Below, piece by piece: positions 18,555-28,287 of a stretch of DNA of 64,000 bases. The DNA is from an uncultured Bacteroidales bacterium (lineage in GTDB: Bacteria > Bacteroidota > Bacteroidia > Bacteroidales > UBA932). Both the position numbers and the translations under genes were made by a program. The stretch is taken from the NCBI GenBank assembly GCA_900320545.1, contig ONSU01000002.1:42143-106142 (forward strand), in the 5' to 3' direction. The notes below the pieces were generated by a model. It had not been told where the DNA came from and made no database searches. It was given only the letters and a program-made list of their open reading frames with translations. Position 1 is the stretch's first letter. Each line of letters opens with the position of its first letter.

Positions 18555-19571
18555 TCAGACTCCGCCGAGCATCGGATCGGCCTCGGCGAAAGTGCCGTAA
18601 ACCTGTTCCGAAGCGGCGCGGCAGCCGCCGTTGCACCGTTTCAGCAGGTTGCAGTCCCGGCAACGTTCCGGAATTTCCGCATAGCGGGCGAGGATGTCCG
18701 GATCCGTCAGGATCTCCCCGACGGGCCTGTCGTATATATTGCCCAGAATGTAGGGAGAGTGATTGCAGAACCGTACGTCGCCCTTGTAGTTTACAGTCAC
18801 CGGACGACGGCTGAAGTCCGTCGTGCAGTATGTGAACTGAATGTGCGGATAGGGAGAAGGGTCCATCACGCAGAGCGGAGTACAGACGCCGCTGACAAAG
18901 CGCATGTCGGGACGGGAAGCGGCAAAGGCTTCGACGGCCGCGAAGGCGCCATGCAGCGTTTCGCGGTCGAGGAGCAGTTCGCGGCTGTGCAGGATCCCCA
19001 TTCCGCCGATATTAAACCGGTTGACCATTACGCCTTTGACACCGAGGTCGCCGATAAGCCGCAGCGTTTCCGCTATCCCCGGGGCGTTGACTTTCGTGAT
19101 GACAAGCACCGTAAATACACCTTTCCCGAATGCGGCTACGGCCCTCCGGGTGGCGGCTACCGCCTTCTCCCAGGATCCCTCGACCTGCGTAAGATAGTCG
19201 TGCACGGCAGGATCGGCGCTCAGCAGCGGGATCTGGACCGCTCCGACGCCGATGTTCTTGAAATTCCCGACCGCATCTTCCGTCAGCAGTCCGCCGTTGG
19301 TAAGGACATTGACGTGCGCGCCCCTGAAGCGCGCCAGCATCGCCAGGTCGTGGATATTACGGAGGAGCATCGGCTCGCCGCCGGAGAAGGAAACCGTGCC
19401 GACGGATGCCTGGGACAGCAGTTTCCGGAGGGTTTTGCGGACGAGACGCGGCACGGGCGGCGGCAACGGCGTACTTCCGTCCCGCCAGTAGTTATAACAG
19501 AACCTGCAACACTGGTTGCAGGCCTCTGTAAGTTCGTAAACTATGTTATCTATGTGCAGGGAGGGCTTCAT
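18555..19571 (-). CDS. Radical SAM enzyme with C-terminal SPASM (auxiliary 4Fe-4S) domain
   Basis: CX3CX2C (CNQCCRFC) near the N-terminus. C-terminal Cys cluster CRDCNLLKRCNGGC. ATGA overlap with the upstream partner gene. Confidence 0.8.
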   Translation of the reverse strand: MKPSLHIDNIVYELTEACNQCCRFCYNYWRDGSTPLPPPVPRLVRKTLRKLLSQASVGTVSFSGGEPMLLRNIHDLAMLARFRGAHVNVLTNGGLLTEDAVGNFKNIGVGAVQIPLLSADPAVHDYLTQVEGSWEKAVAATRRAVAAFGKGVFTVLVITKVNAPGIAETLRLIGDLGVKGVMVNRFNIGGMGILHSRELLLDRETLHGAFAAVEAFAASRPDMRFVSGVCTPLCVMDPSPYPHIQFTYCTTDFSRRPVTVNYKGDVRFCNHSPYILGNIYDRPVGEILTDPDILARYAEIPERCRDCNLLKRCNGGCRAASEQVYGTFAEADPMLGGV

Positions 19572-20119
19572 TTCAGCGTGAAGCCCTGCCCGCCGACCTG
19601 TTGTTCGACCTGTTTGCCTTCGTCATCCGTCCGGGAAGAATAGACTGCAACCGTCGCCTCTCCCTTATAGGCCGTTCGGAGAATCCACTCCCATTCCACA
19701 GATTCCGGGCTTCCTTCCGACACCTTGAAAACGGTTTCCTGAAGCACCTCCGGACTCTCCCCTCCGGTCGTTATCCTGCAAATGTATTCCAAGGCCGTCG
19801 GGCGGAGGATTCTGATGATCAGGACGTCTCCCGACTGGAGTTCGGATCCTGTCTTATCCTTGACGGAGATCTCCACATTGTCCTCTATAACCGCGACGTC
19901 GTAGCATTGGACGACCGGCTCGTAGCAGGTAACGAACGGACCGGGGCCGTTGCAGGTGGAGGACGACAGCATCGCCCAGGCCATCAGAAGGATCCCTCCC
20001 AGTTTGTATTTGGTACGGATGGCGCGGGCGTTACGGCCGCCGGAGAGCAGCACCCAGAGGGATACCGCCGCAAACGCGACACCCACTCCGACATATACAA
20101 AAAACCATTTTGTCTTCAT
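19568..20119 (-). CDS. Membrane-anchored or lipoprotein-like protein, candidate partner or substrate of the radical SAM enzyme
   Basis: Two N-terminal hydrophobic segments; the second ends in a lipobox-like LSSSTC. This is followed by CNGPGPFVTCYEPVVQCYD and a beta-rich domain. Translationally coupled to the rSAM gene. Confidence 0.55.
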   Translation of the reverse strand: MKTKWFFVYVGVGVAFAAVSLWVLLSGGRNARAIRTKYKLGGILLMAWAMLSSSTCNGPGPFVTCYEPVVQCYDVAVIEDNVEISVKDKTGSELQSGDVLIIRILRPTALEYICRITTGGESPEVLQETVFKVSEGSPESVEWEWILRTAYKGEATVAVYSSRTDDEGKQVEQQVGGQGFTLK

Positions 20120-20172
20120 ATTTCAATTTTTATTAAAGATGCAAATAATTCCGCAAATGTTGCATAGTGGGG

Positions 20173-21888
20173 CTACAAAGTCTGGCCGCCGATGAATTCG
20201 CGCATGATGGAGGTCGGGGGGATGGCCGCGATCTCGGAAGGCTGGAGCGGGACGATGTATTCGAGGAACTTCAGCAGGCGGACCGCCTCGGTGTAGGCCG
20301 GGGAGGACGGGAGAATCCGCCGCAGAAGCGGTTCCGCGTAGTATTTCAGCAGCGGGAATTCATAGATCAGCGCCGTATTCATCAGCACGGAGGCGTTCTC
20401 CTGGAACGGGAAGATGTACTTGTTCTCTCCCCGGCGGACGCTGTGCCACCGGAGGATGGTGTTCTCCGGCGTGATGCCGCGGACGCGGTTGTCCCGGACG
20501 ATGCGGCGGAGGAGCCGGTTGTCCGAGGTGGACATACAGTTGTTCTCGTCCAGGTTGAAACTCGTCAGGCAGGAGGTATAGATCCGGTAAATCCGGGAAT
20601 TGTCCACATCCGGCACCATGGCGGGATCGAGGGCGTGGATACCCTCCATGATCAGGATGTCTTTCTCATCCAGGCGGAGCCGGTTTCCTTCAAACCGCTT
20701 CACGCCCGCGGGGAAATCGAACCGCGGAATCTCCACCTCCTCCCCTGCCAGCAGGGCGTTGAGATGCTGCCCGAGCAGGCGGAGATCCATCGCTTCCAGG
20801 CACTCGAAATCGAGATTGCCGTCCTCGTCCAGGGGCGTCTCTCCGCGGTCGACGAAATAATTGTCGAGTTCCACGACCTTCGGCCGGAGCCCCAGCACGC
20901 GGCACTGCTGCGCGATGCGGAGCGACGAGGAGGTCTTGCCGCTGGAGGAAGGGCCGGCGATAAAGACGATCTTGATCTGCTGGCCGGCCCGGCTGATCGC
21001 ATCCGCAATCTCGGCATAGCGACGCTCCTGACGGGCTTCCTCGGTGTTGATGACTTCTACCGCCCGGCCGTCATAGATGGCCTTGTTCAGACTGCCCACG
21101 CAGTCGATCCGGGTGATCTTGCACCAGTCGGAGTACTCCTTGAGCGCGGCGCCGAGACGCGTCTGCTCGCGGATGGGGACGACCTGCGTGATATCGGTCT
21201 CGGAAGGCGGCTGCAGGCAGAATCCCACTCCCACCTTGACCAGGCCGAACACCGGCAGGGAGCCGGAGGAAAGCACGAGCGGACCGTGGAAAGTATCCGC
21301 CAGTTCGCCCAGATAATACACGCTGCAGAAATACCGGCCGAGGGACCGCTGCAATTCGACCTTGAGCGGCTGCCCGTTCTTGCGGAAAATGTCGAGGGCG
21401 TCGTCCAGATGGATCTTCCGGCGGGAGAAGGGCTGATTCTCCGACACGATGGCCCGCATCCGGCGGAGCAGTGCGTCGATGTCTTCCTGCGTCGTCGGAT
21501 AAGGGACCGTCATGCCGTTCTCTCCCCGCTCCTTTTCCACGATCTCGCAGTAGAGGCCGCTGGGAAGGGCGTGCTCCACCATCAGCACCTTGTCGGGAAA
21601 GAGCTCCCGGACCGCCTTCTGCAGGACAAACTGCAGGGAGCGGATATAAGTGCGACGGCCGTCGTCGTGGTTGTAGCCGATGAAAGTAACCTCGTGCGGC
21701 CAGAGAATCGGCGTGTCGAGGCCCTTGAGCTTATGGTCGACCAGTGCGGCGAGGACAGGATATTCCGCCTGGGTCTTGGGATCGCGGACAATCCGGCAAA
21801 TCATCCGGGAGGCCTCCCCCAGCGTAGCGCCGTAGGGAATCTCGTAGTCTTTGCCGTCGTTGGTAAGGTGGATGGTGATTTTTTCCAT
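20173..21888 (-). CDS. TGS-domain plus uridine kinase/phosphoribulokinase-like nucleoside kinase
   Basis: P-loop IAGPSSSGKTS in the C-terminal half and a TGS-like N-terminus. Function class only. Confidence 0.65.
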   Translation of the reverse strand: MEKITIHLTNDGKDYEIPYGATLGEASRMICRIVRDPKTQAEYPVLAALVDHKLKGLDTPILWPHEVTFIGYNHDDGRRTYIRSLQFVLQKAVRELFPDKVLMVEHALPSGLYCEIVEKERGENGMTVPYPTTQEDIDALLRRMRAIVSENQPFSRRKIHLDDALDIFRKNGQPLKVELQRSLGRYFCSVYYLGELADTFHGPLVLSSGSLPVFGLVKVGVGFCLQPPSETDITQVVPIREQTRLGAALKEYSDWCKITRIDCVGSLNKAIYDGRAVEVINTEEARQERRYAEIADAISRAGQQIKIVFIAGPSSSGKTSSSLRIAQQCRVLGLRPKVVELDNYFVDRGETPLDEDGNLDFECLEAMDLRLLGQHLNALLAGEEVEIPRFDFPAGVKRFEGNRLRLDEKDILIMEGIHALDPAMVPDVDNSRIYRIYTSCLTSFNLDENNCMSTSDNRLLRRIVRDNRVRGITPENTILRWHSVRRGENKYIFPFQENASVLMNTALIYEFPLLKYYAEPLLRRILPSSPAYTEAVRLLKFLEYIVPLQPSEIAAIPPTSIMREFIGGQTL

Positions 21889-21890
21889 AA

Positions 21891-22952
21891 CTATTTCTGT
21901 ACGCGGACGGATTCTTCGTGGATGGCGGTGAAGACCGCCGTGACGAATTCGCGGGAAAGGCCCGCTTTCTCCCCCTCCGCAATCATTTTCTCGAGAATGG
22001 AGTCCCAGCGGGAGGCCTGGATGATGGCGATGTTGTGCTCTCTCTTGTAGGCGCCGATCTTCCGGCTGACCTCCAGCCGCGAGGCCAGGGTGGAGAGCAG
22101 ATTTTCGTCCAGCACGTCGATCCGGGAACGCAGCGCCTCGATGCCGCTGCGATAGGCGTCGTTGTCGGTGTCGCTGTCACGCACGATGAGCGATTCGAGC
22201 ATTGCCTTGAGTTCCGGCGGAGTAAGTTGCTGTCTGGCGTCGCTCAGCGCGCAGGAGGGATTGCAATGCGACTCGATCATCAGTCCTTCCAGCCCGAGAT
22301 CCAGCGCCCGCTGGGAAATTTCCTGCAGGTATTCCCGGCTGCCGCCCATGTGGGAGGGATCGGCAAAGAAAGGGATCTCCGGGAAACGGGTCCGGAGTTC
22401 GATGGCAATCTTCCAGATAGGATCGTTACGGTAGGCGATCTTCTGGGAGGTGGAGAATCCCCGGTGAATGACGCCGAGCTTGGTGACGCCGGCACGGCTC
22501 AGACGCTCCAGGGCGCCGACCCAGAGGTCCAGGTCGGGATTGACGGGGTTCTTGACGAGCACCGGGATGTCGGTATCTTCCAGCGCGTCGGCGATTTCCT
22601 GCACGAGGAAAGGATTGGCGGTGGTACGCGCCCCGATCCAGACCATATCGATCCCGTACTTGAGGCACGCATAGACGTGCCCGGCGCCGGCCACCTCGGT
22701 CGCCACCTTCATTCCGAGTTCTTTCCTGACCCGCTGGAGCCACTTCAGGGCGGGAATCCCGGCTCCTTCGAAACTGCCCGGATGGGTGCGGGGCTTCCAG
22801 ACGCCGGCCCGGAAGACGTGAATGCCGAAGGCGGCGAGCCCGCGGGCTGTCTCCATCACCTGCTCCTCACTCTCCGCGCTGCAGGGGCCGGCGATCACCA
22901 TCGGCCTCGGGAGGGTGAAAAATCCCCAATCGTGTACGCTTGTCAAGTTCAT
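21891..22952 (-). CDS. Bifunctional 3-deoxy-7-phosphoheptulonate (DAHP) synthase / chorismate mutase
   Basis: Type I-beta DAHPS core and a C-terminal AroQ chorismate mutase helix region (LRSRIDVLDENLL...REHNI). Start set at MNLTSVHDWG. Confidence 0.85.
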   Translation of the reverse strand: MNLTSVHDWGFFTLPRPMVIAGPCSAESEEQVMETARGLAAFGIHVFRAGVWKPRTHPGSFEGAGIPALKWLQRVRKELGMKVATEVAGAGHVYACLKYGIDMVWIGARTTANPFLVQEIADALEDTDIPVLVKNPVNPDLDLWVGALERLSRAGVTKLGVIHRGFSTSQKIAYRNDPIWKIAIELRTRFPEIPFFADPSHMGGSREYLQEISQRALDLGLEGLMIESHCNPSCALSDARQQLTPPELKAMLESLIVRDSDTDNDAYRSGIEALRSRIDVLDENLLSTLASRLEVSRKIGAYKREHNIAIIQASRWDSILEKMIAEGEKAGLSREFVTAVFTAIHEESVRVQK

Positions 22953-23014
22953 TTCCTTATTTTTTAGTTTACAAATATAACACTTTCTCACGAAAATGAC
23001 CTATCTTTGTCCTT

Positions 23015-24154
23015 ATGGACAGAAGAACGTTTCTCAAATATTCGGCAACGGGCCTCGTGGGGCTCTCGCTTCCCTTCGGCCTTCCCGATGCGATGGCCAA
23101 AAAAGCCAAAGACGGACGCTACAACATCGTCATCCTGGGCGACACCCATTACGACGACGCCGACCCCGAGCGCTATCACGCCGGCTATACCCTCCCCGAC
23201 AATCCCAAGCGGGAGGAAGCCCACCGCAAGGAATTTGTCCGGAACGGCAAAATGTGGTCGGGCCGCTGCCAGGGCCTCGTCAAGCGCGCGGCCTGCCTGG
23301 TGGATGACGACACCCGCTACATTTTCCAGGTGGGCGACCTGATCCAGGGCGACACGGTCGATGCCGAAACCCACAAACGCTTCCTGGAAGATGCGATGAA
23401 TCTGTTCAAGAAAGACCTCGCGCCGGAACTGCCGTTCGTCTCCGTCGTCGGCAACCACGACGTCCGGGGCAACAATGACGCCGTCGCGGCCCAGGCTTAC
23501 GTCGAATACATGTCCGGAAGGATGTCGCAGGAACTGGGGATGGAGATCACCGGCAACAATTACCTCTTCCGACAGGGGCCCGACGCCTTCATCGTCATCG
23601 ACTTTACCAAACCGGACGTTCCCGCGATCGAGCGGATGCTCTCCGAAGCGGCCGACGCCCGGCATACCTTCGTGCTGGTCCACAGCCCGGTGTTCCCCTA
23701 CGATGACGCCAAATACTTCTGGTGGTTCCTCCTCGGCGGCCGCAAGGATCCCCGGCCGGACGACCGCCGCCATGTCCGCAGACTGCTGGCCGAGAGAAAC
23801 GCCATCGTCCTGTGCGGCCACGTCCACACCACCGAATTCCTCGACTGGTACGGCGACGGCGGACGGATCACCCAGATGACGATGTCCAGCGTCTGGTCCT
23901 ATCCCTCCCGCGGTATTTACAAGGAAGTCGCGAAAGGGAAAGACGAATACGGCACCCTGCTTTTTGCGGAGAAACCCAAGCTCAGGACCCCTCAGAACGA
24001 AGCGCTCTTTGCCGAATACCGCGAAGGCATCCGTGCGTACAGCATGTCCGACACCGCCGGTTCCTACAAACTGACGGTGGACGGAAACAGGGTTTACGTG
24101 GATTTCTACGCCGGGGACGACGTGCGCAGGGCCAAGCGCTTTATTCTCCGATAG
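23015..24154 (+). CDS. Calcineurin-like metallophosphoesterase with twin-arginine signal
   Basis: MDRRTFLKYSATG Tat-like signal. Motifs GDTHYD, GDLIQGD, GNHD and CGHVH. Confidence 0.75.
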   Translation: MDRRTFLKYSATGLVGLSLPFGLPDAMAKKAKDGRYNIVILGDTHYDDADPERYHAGYTLPDNPKREEAHRKEFVRNGKMWSGRCQGLVKRAACLVDDDTRYIFQVGDLIQGDTVDAETHKRFLEDAMNLFKKDLAPELPFVSVVGNHDVRGNNDAVAAQAYVEYMSGRMSQELGMEITGNNYLFRQGPDAFIVIDFTKPDVPAIERMLSEAADARHTFVLVHSPVFPYDDAKYFWWFLLGGRKDPRPDDRRHVRRLLAERNAIVLCGHVHTTEFLDWYGDGGRITQMTMSSVWSYPSRGIYKEVAKGKDEYGTLLFAEKPKLRTPQNEALFAEYREGIRAYSMSDTAGSYKLTVDGNRVYVDFYAGDDVRRAKRFILR

Positions 24155-25314
24155 GCCTCCTCCAGACGGGGGACATCGGCGCAGAGAGATGCGCGGATGT
24201 AGTCCGCGCCGCCTTTACCGAAGACGACGCCCGGAGTCATAAACACCCCGCAGCCATACAGCAGCGCATCGCTCAGCCGTTCTCCGCGGGTGGCGCCGGG
24301 ACCTTCCGCCGCAAGGGCGCAGTCCTCGGGAATATATCCCCAGATGAACAGCGACCCTCCGTCGCGGTCCCACTCGATGCCGAGCAGATCGAACAGCTTC
24401 CCGGCCGCTTCCTTCCGACGGCGGTATTCGGCGTTGAGCCGCTCGAACCAGTCCGGCCCTTCATTGAGGGCGGCGACCGCAGCGAGCTGCATCGGACGGA
24501 ACTGGCCCGAATCCATCTGGCTCTTGACCTTGAGAATCTCGGAGACATATTCGGCCGCCCCGGCCACCATCCCGATACGCCAGCCCGACATATTGTGCGC
24601 CTTGCTGAGCGAATTCAGCTCCAGGCAGCACTCCCGGGCGCCCCGTGCGGAGAAGATCGACAGCGGTTCGGTCAGGATGAAGCTGTAGGGATTGTCATTG
24701 ACGATGAGAATTTTCTTCTCAAGGCCGAAGTCCACCAGTTCCTGGTAAAGTTCGGGCGTCGCCAGGGCGCCGGTCGGCATATTGGGATAATTGACCCACA
24801 TCAGCTTCACGCCGGTGAGGTCCATTTTCCGGAGGGCGTCCAGGTCGGGCCGCCAGCCGTTCTCGCGCCTGAGGGGATAAGTGACCATCTCCGCCTCCGC
24901 CAGCATCGCCGAGGAATTGTAGGTCGGATAACCCGGATCGGGCACCAGGACCTTGTCGCCCTTGTTGAGATAGGCCAGGGAAATCAGCAGGATGCCTTCC
25001 TTGGAGCCTACGAGGGGCTGGATCTCGCTGACGGGATCCAGCGTCACGCCATAGTACCGCCTGTACCAGGCCGCGAACGCCTCGCGAAGTTCGGGGATGC
25101 CGGTGTAATTCTGATATCTGTGCACATCGGGCAGAAGGCAGGTCCGGGAAAGCGTTTCCATCGCGGATCGAGGCGGCACCTGGTCGGGGGCGCCGATGCC
25201 GAGGTTGACGATGCCATCCTCCCGGGTCTTTGCCAGGGCGGCGAGTTCACGGTTTTTTCTCGAGAAATAATATTCCCGCACGGAGGCGGTTCTGTGGGCG
25301 GGTTCTATAATCAT
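24106..25314 (-). CDS. Class I/II PLP-dependent aminotransferase (aromatic/aspartate family)
   Basis: PLP-lysine motif SLSKAHNMSGWRIG. Sits in the aromatic amino-acid operon context. Confidence 0.85.
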   Translation of the reverse strand: MIIEPAHRTASVREYYFSRKNRELAALAKTREDGIVNLGIGAPDQVPPRSAMETLSRTCLLPDVHRYQNYTGIPELREAFAAWYRRYYGVTLDPVSEIQPLVGSKEGILLISLAYLNKGDKVLVPDPGYPTYNSSAMLAEAEMVTYPLRRENGWRPDLDALRKMDLTGVKLMWVNYPNMPTGALATPELYQELVDFGLEKKILIVNDNPYSFILTEPLSIFSARGARECCLELNSLSKAHNMSGWRIGMVAGAAEYVSEILKVKSQMDSGQFRPMQLAAVAALNEGPDWFERLNAEYRRRKEAAGKLFDLLGIEWDRDGGSLFIWGYIPEDCALAAEGPGATRGERLSDALLYGCGVFMTPGVVFGKGGADYIRASLCADVPRLEEAYRRIKRLALRTSSPA

Positions 25315-26135
25315 AATACAGTCTTATATTCACCAAGGATTTGAAGGTCTTCCACAAGGGGACGGACGGCGGACAGGGCCTGAAGATAGCGGTCGTACGT
25401 CTCGAAGCAGATGTCCGCATAGAAGAAATACTGCCAGGTGCGGCCGGGAATCGGCAGCGACTGGATACGGGTCAGGTTCATCCCGTAGAATGAAAGGATC
25501 GTGAGGATGTGCGACAGGGAGCCGGGCGTATGGGGAAGCGTGAAACAGAGCGATGCCTTGTCGATGCGCTCCTTCGGAATTTCCAGGGCCTCGTCCAGAA
25601 TGATGAAGCGGGTGAAATTCTGCTTGTAGGTCTCGATGCTCTCCCGGAGCACGTCGAGCCCGTACATTTTCGCAGCGAAGAGAGAGGCGACGGCCCCGAC
25701 GCCCCTCAGCCCTTCCCGGGCCACTTCGGCCGCGCTCTTGGCCGTGTCCTCGCTCTCGACCACCTTGATCCAGGGACATTCCCGCTCGAAGAAATCGCGG
25801 GTCTGGTTGATGGCCATATAGTGCGTCCGGACCTCCCTGATGTCCTCCGGGCGCTGTCCCGGCAGGGCGAGAAGGTTCTGCTGGATCCGGAGATAGATCT
25901 CTCCCCTGATCTTCCAGGAATGGCTGCGGAGCAGTTCGAAATTGCGCACCAGACCGCCCGACACGGTGTTTTCCACCGCCATCACGGCCGCATCGGCGCA
26001 CCCGCCCTGCAACGCGGCATAAAGTCCGTCGAACGTATCGCAGGGCACCGTTTCGACCGGTCCGTCCGCATAGAACAAACGGGCCGCCTCCTCATGGAAA
26101 CAGCCCGGATATCCCTGGATGGCAACCCGTTTCAT
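25311..26135 (-). CDS. pheA: Prephenate dehydratase
   Basis: PDT domain (MKRVAIQGYPGCFHEEAA) plus an ACT domain with NFTRFIIL. True start at 26135; the upstream part of the 483-aa track ORF is spurious. Confidence 0.85.
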   Translation of the reverse strand: MKRVAIQGYPGCFHEEAARLFYADGPVETVPCDTFDGLYAALQGGCADAAVMAVENTVSGGLVRNFELLRSHSWKIRGEIYLRIQQNLLALPGQRPEDIREVRTHYMAINQTRDFFERECPWIKVVESEDTAKSAAEVAREGLRGVGAVASLFAAKMYGLDVLRESIETYKQNFTRFIILDEALEIPKERIDKASLCFTLPHTPGSLSHILTILSFYGMNLTRIQSLPIPGRTWQYFFYADICFETYDRYLQALSAVRPLVEDLQILGEYKTVL

Positions 26136-26881
26136 CAGAAACCGAGCGCCGTTACATAGACGTCTGACGCTGTGGCGAAATGTGCCTCGATACAGGCATT
26201 GACCGCGGTGCAGAGGAAGAGGCCGACGATGAGGGTCGACACGATGATGCCGATGATGCGGAGACGCTTGAGCCAGACTTTGTTGTTCCATCCGATGGTC
26301 TGGAACATGCTCCAGAAACCGTGATTCAGATGCAGCCAGATGGCTACGAACCATACGATATAGAGGGCGAGGATCCACCACTGGCCGAAGGTCTGGAGCA
26401 GAAGGGCGTACGGATTCTCGGCCTCGGCGCCCGTAAACTCCTGCAACTGCATCTTGGCCCAGAAATGGCACAGATGGAAAGCCAGGAAGCCGAGGACGAT
26501 GATCCCCAGGACAACCATATTGCTGGCGGACCAGCTGTCGGATTTGGCCTTGCTCGCCACCTCGTAGCGTTTGACGCCGCCGCGGGCTTTCAAATTGACC
26601 ACCGTCAGGTAGATGCCGTAGCCGATATGCACGAGGAATCCCAGGGCCAGGACGGGCACCATGATGGTAATGACCGGCGTAGCCATAAAGTCGCAGCCGA
26701 GCTGGAAGAGACCGCTGTCTCCGAAGGGAACGCCGGCCGACAGGCCGAATGTCCCTTTGCAAGAGTCGATTACCGAAAAGAAGTTGATGGTCCCGTGCAG
26801 AAGCAGGAAGAGAATCAGGAACGCGCCGCTGACGCTCTGGATGAATTTCCTTCCGATGGAAGAAGTGAAAAAGTTTGCCAT
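26135..26881 (-). CDS. Succinate dehydrogenase/fumarate reductase cytochrome b subunit (b558 family)-like membrane protein, orphan
   Basis: SSIGRKFIQSVSGAFLILFLLLHG N-terminus with 5 TM segments and conserved His residues. No flavoprotein or Fe-S subunit genes are adjacent. Confidence 0.6.
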   Translation of the reverse strand: MANFFTSSIGRKFIQSVSGAFLILFLLLHGTINFFSVIDSCKGTFGLSAGVPFGDSGLFQLGCDFMATPVITIMVPVLALGFLVHIGYGIYLTVVNLKARGGVKRYEVASKAKSDSWSASNMVVLGIIVLGFLAFHLCHFWAKMQLQEFTGAEAENPYALLLQTFGQWWILALYIVWFVAIWLHLNHGFWSMFQTIGWNNKVWLKRLRIIGIIVSTLIVGLFLCTAVNACIEAHFATASDVYVTALGF

Positions 26882-26997
26882 AAGAATTGTTTACCTTGGC
26901 ACTAATTGCCGTTTACAAGATGCAAATATAATGATTCCATTTGGAAAATTCAGCATTTTCCTATACTTTTGTTTGATTCAATCACAACGGAACAACT

Positions 26998-27702
26998 ATG
27001 TACAAACGCGTATTACTCAAACTCAGCGGCGAAAGCCTCGGCAGCCGCAGCGGCGTCGGCTTCAACACGGAAGCCCTCCGCGGCCTGGCCAAAGAAATCG
27101 CGGACGCTTCCCGCGCCGGCCTCCAGATCGGCATCGTCAACGGCGGCGGCAACATTTTCCGCGGCGTGCAGGGAGCCGAAAAAGGTTTCGACCGCGTGGA
27201 CGGCGACAAGATGGGAATGCTCGCCACGGTGATCAACGCCCTGGCCCTCTCCGGTTTCATCAAGGCCGAAGGCGTTCCCGCCAAGGTGTTCACATCCGTT
27301 CCGATGGAGCCCTTCGCCCATTACTATATGCGTGACGACGCCGTCGCCGAACTCGAAAAGGGCACCGTCGTCATCATCGCCGGCGGCACCGGCAACCCGT
27401 TCTTCACCACCGACAGCGGCGCCGCGCTCCGCGCCCTCGAGATCCGCGCCGACGCCCTCCTCAAGGGCACCCGCGTCGACGGGGTCTACACCGCCGATCC
27501 CGAGAAGGACCCCACGGCCGTCAAATACGACGAACTCACCTTCGACGAAGCCCTTTCACAGAACCTCAAAGTGATGGACCGCACCGCCTTCGCCCTCTGC
27601 AGCGACGGCGACATGCCCATCCTCGTCTTCAATATGGAAACCCCGGGCAACCTTACCCGCATCCTGAAAGGCGACAAGATCGGAACAGTCGTACATAAAT
27701 AA
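26998..27702 (+). CDS. pyrH: UMP kinase
   Basis: MYKRVLLKLSGESL, GGGNIFRG and TGNPFFTTD motifs. Confidence 0.92.
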   Translation: MYKRVLLKLSGESLGSRSGVGFNTEALRGLAKEIADASRAGLQIGIVNGGGNIFRGVQGAEKGFDRVDGDKMGMLATVINALALSGFIKAEGVPAKVFTSVPMEPFAHYYMRDDAVAELEKGTVVIIAGGTGNPFFTTDSGAALRALEIRADALLKGTRVDGVYTADPEKDPTAVKYDELTFDEALSQNLKVMDRTAFALCSDGDMPILVFNMETPGNLTRILKGDKIGTVVHK

Positions 27703-27715
27703 AAACACGCATACT

Positions 27716-28282
27716 ATGTTACCCAAAGCCAAAGAAATCGTAGAGGCCGCCAGCCTCAAGATGCAGGACACGGTCGACTTCCTCGAAGAAGACCTCAAAA
27801 CCTACCGGGTCGGCAAGGCCAACCCTTCCATCTTCAACGGCGTCACCATCGACTATTACGGAAGCCCCACCCCGCTCCCGCAGGTATCCTCCATCGCGAC
27901 CCCGGACGCCAAGACCATTACCATCCAGCCCTGGGAGCGCACCCTGATCGGCAAGATCGAGAAGGCCATCCTCGACGCCAACCTCGGCCTCACCCCTTCC
28001 AATAACGGCGAGATCATCCGCTGCGTCGTCCCCGCCCTCACCGAAGAGCGCAGACGCGACCTCATCAAGAAAGCCAAGGCCGCGGGCGAGACCGCCAAGG
28101 TCGGCATCCGCAATGCCCGCCGCGACGGCATCGACCTCCTCAAGAAAGCCCAGAAGAACGAAGGCCTCTCCGAGGACGGCGAGAAAGAGGGCGAAGAGGA
28201 GCTCCAGAAAGTGACCGACAAGAAAGTCAAGGCCATCGACGAAATCATCGCCGCCAAGGAGAAAGAAATCCTGACGGTCTAG
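27716..28282 (+). CDS. frr: Ribosome recycling factor
   Basis: Typical RRF sequence of 188 aa, directly after pyrH. Confidence 0.92.
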   Translation: MLPKAKEIVEAASLKMQDTVDFLEEDLKTYRVGKANPSIFNGVTIDYYGSPTPLPQVSSIATPDAKTITIQPWERTLIGKIEKAILDANLGLTPSNNGEIIRCVVPALTEERRRDLIKKAKAAGETAKVGIRNARRDGIDLLKKAQKNEGLSEDGEKEGEEELQKVTDKKVKAIDEIIAAKEKEILTV

Positions 28283-28287
28283 GTTCC

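Noticed and set aside
18555-19571. Anaerobic sulfatase-maturating enzyme (anSME) assignment for the rSAM/SPASM gene
   Set aside because: There is no sulfatase gene nearby. The protein is shorter than typical anSMEs, and the adjacent partner lacks a C/S-x-P-x-R motif.
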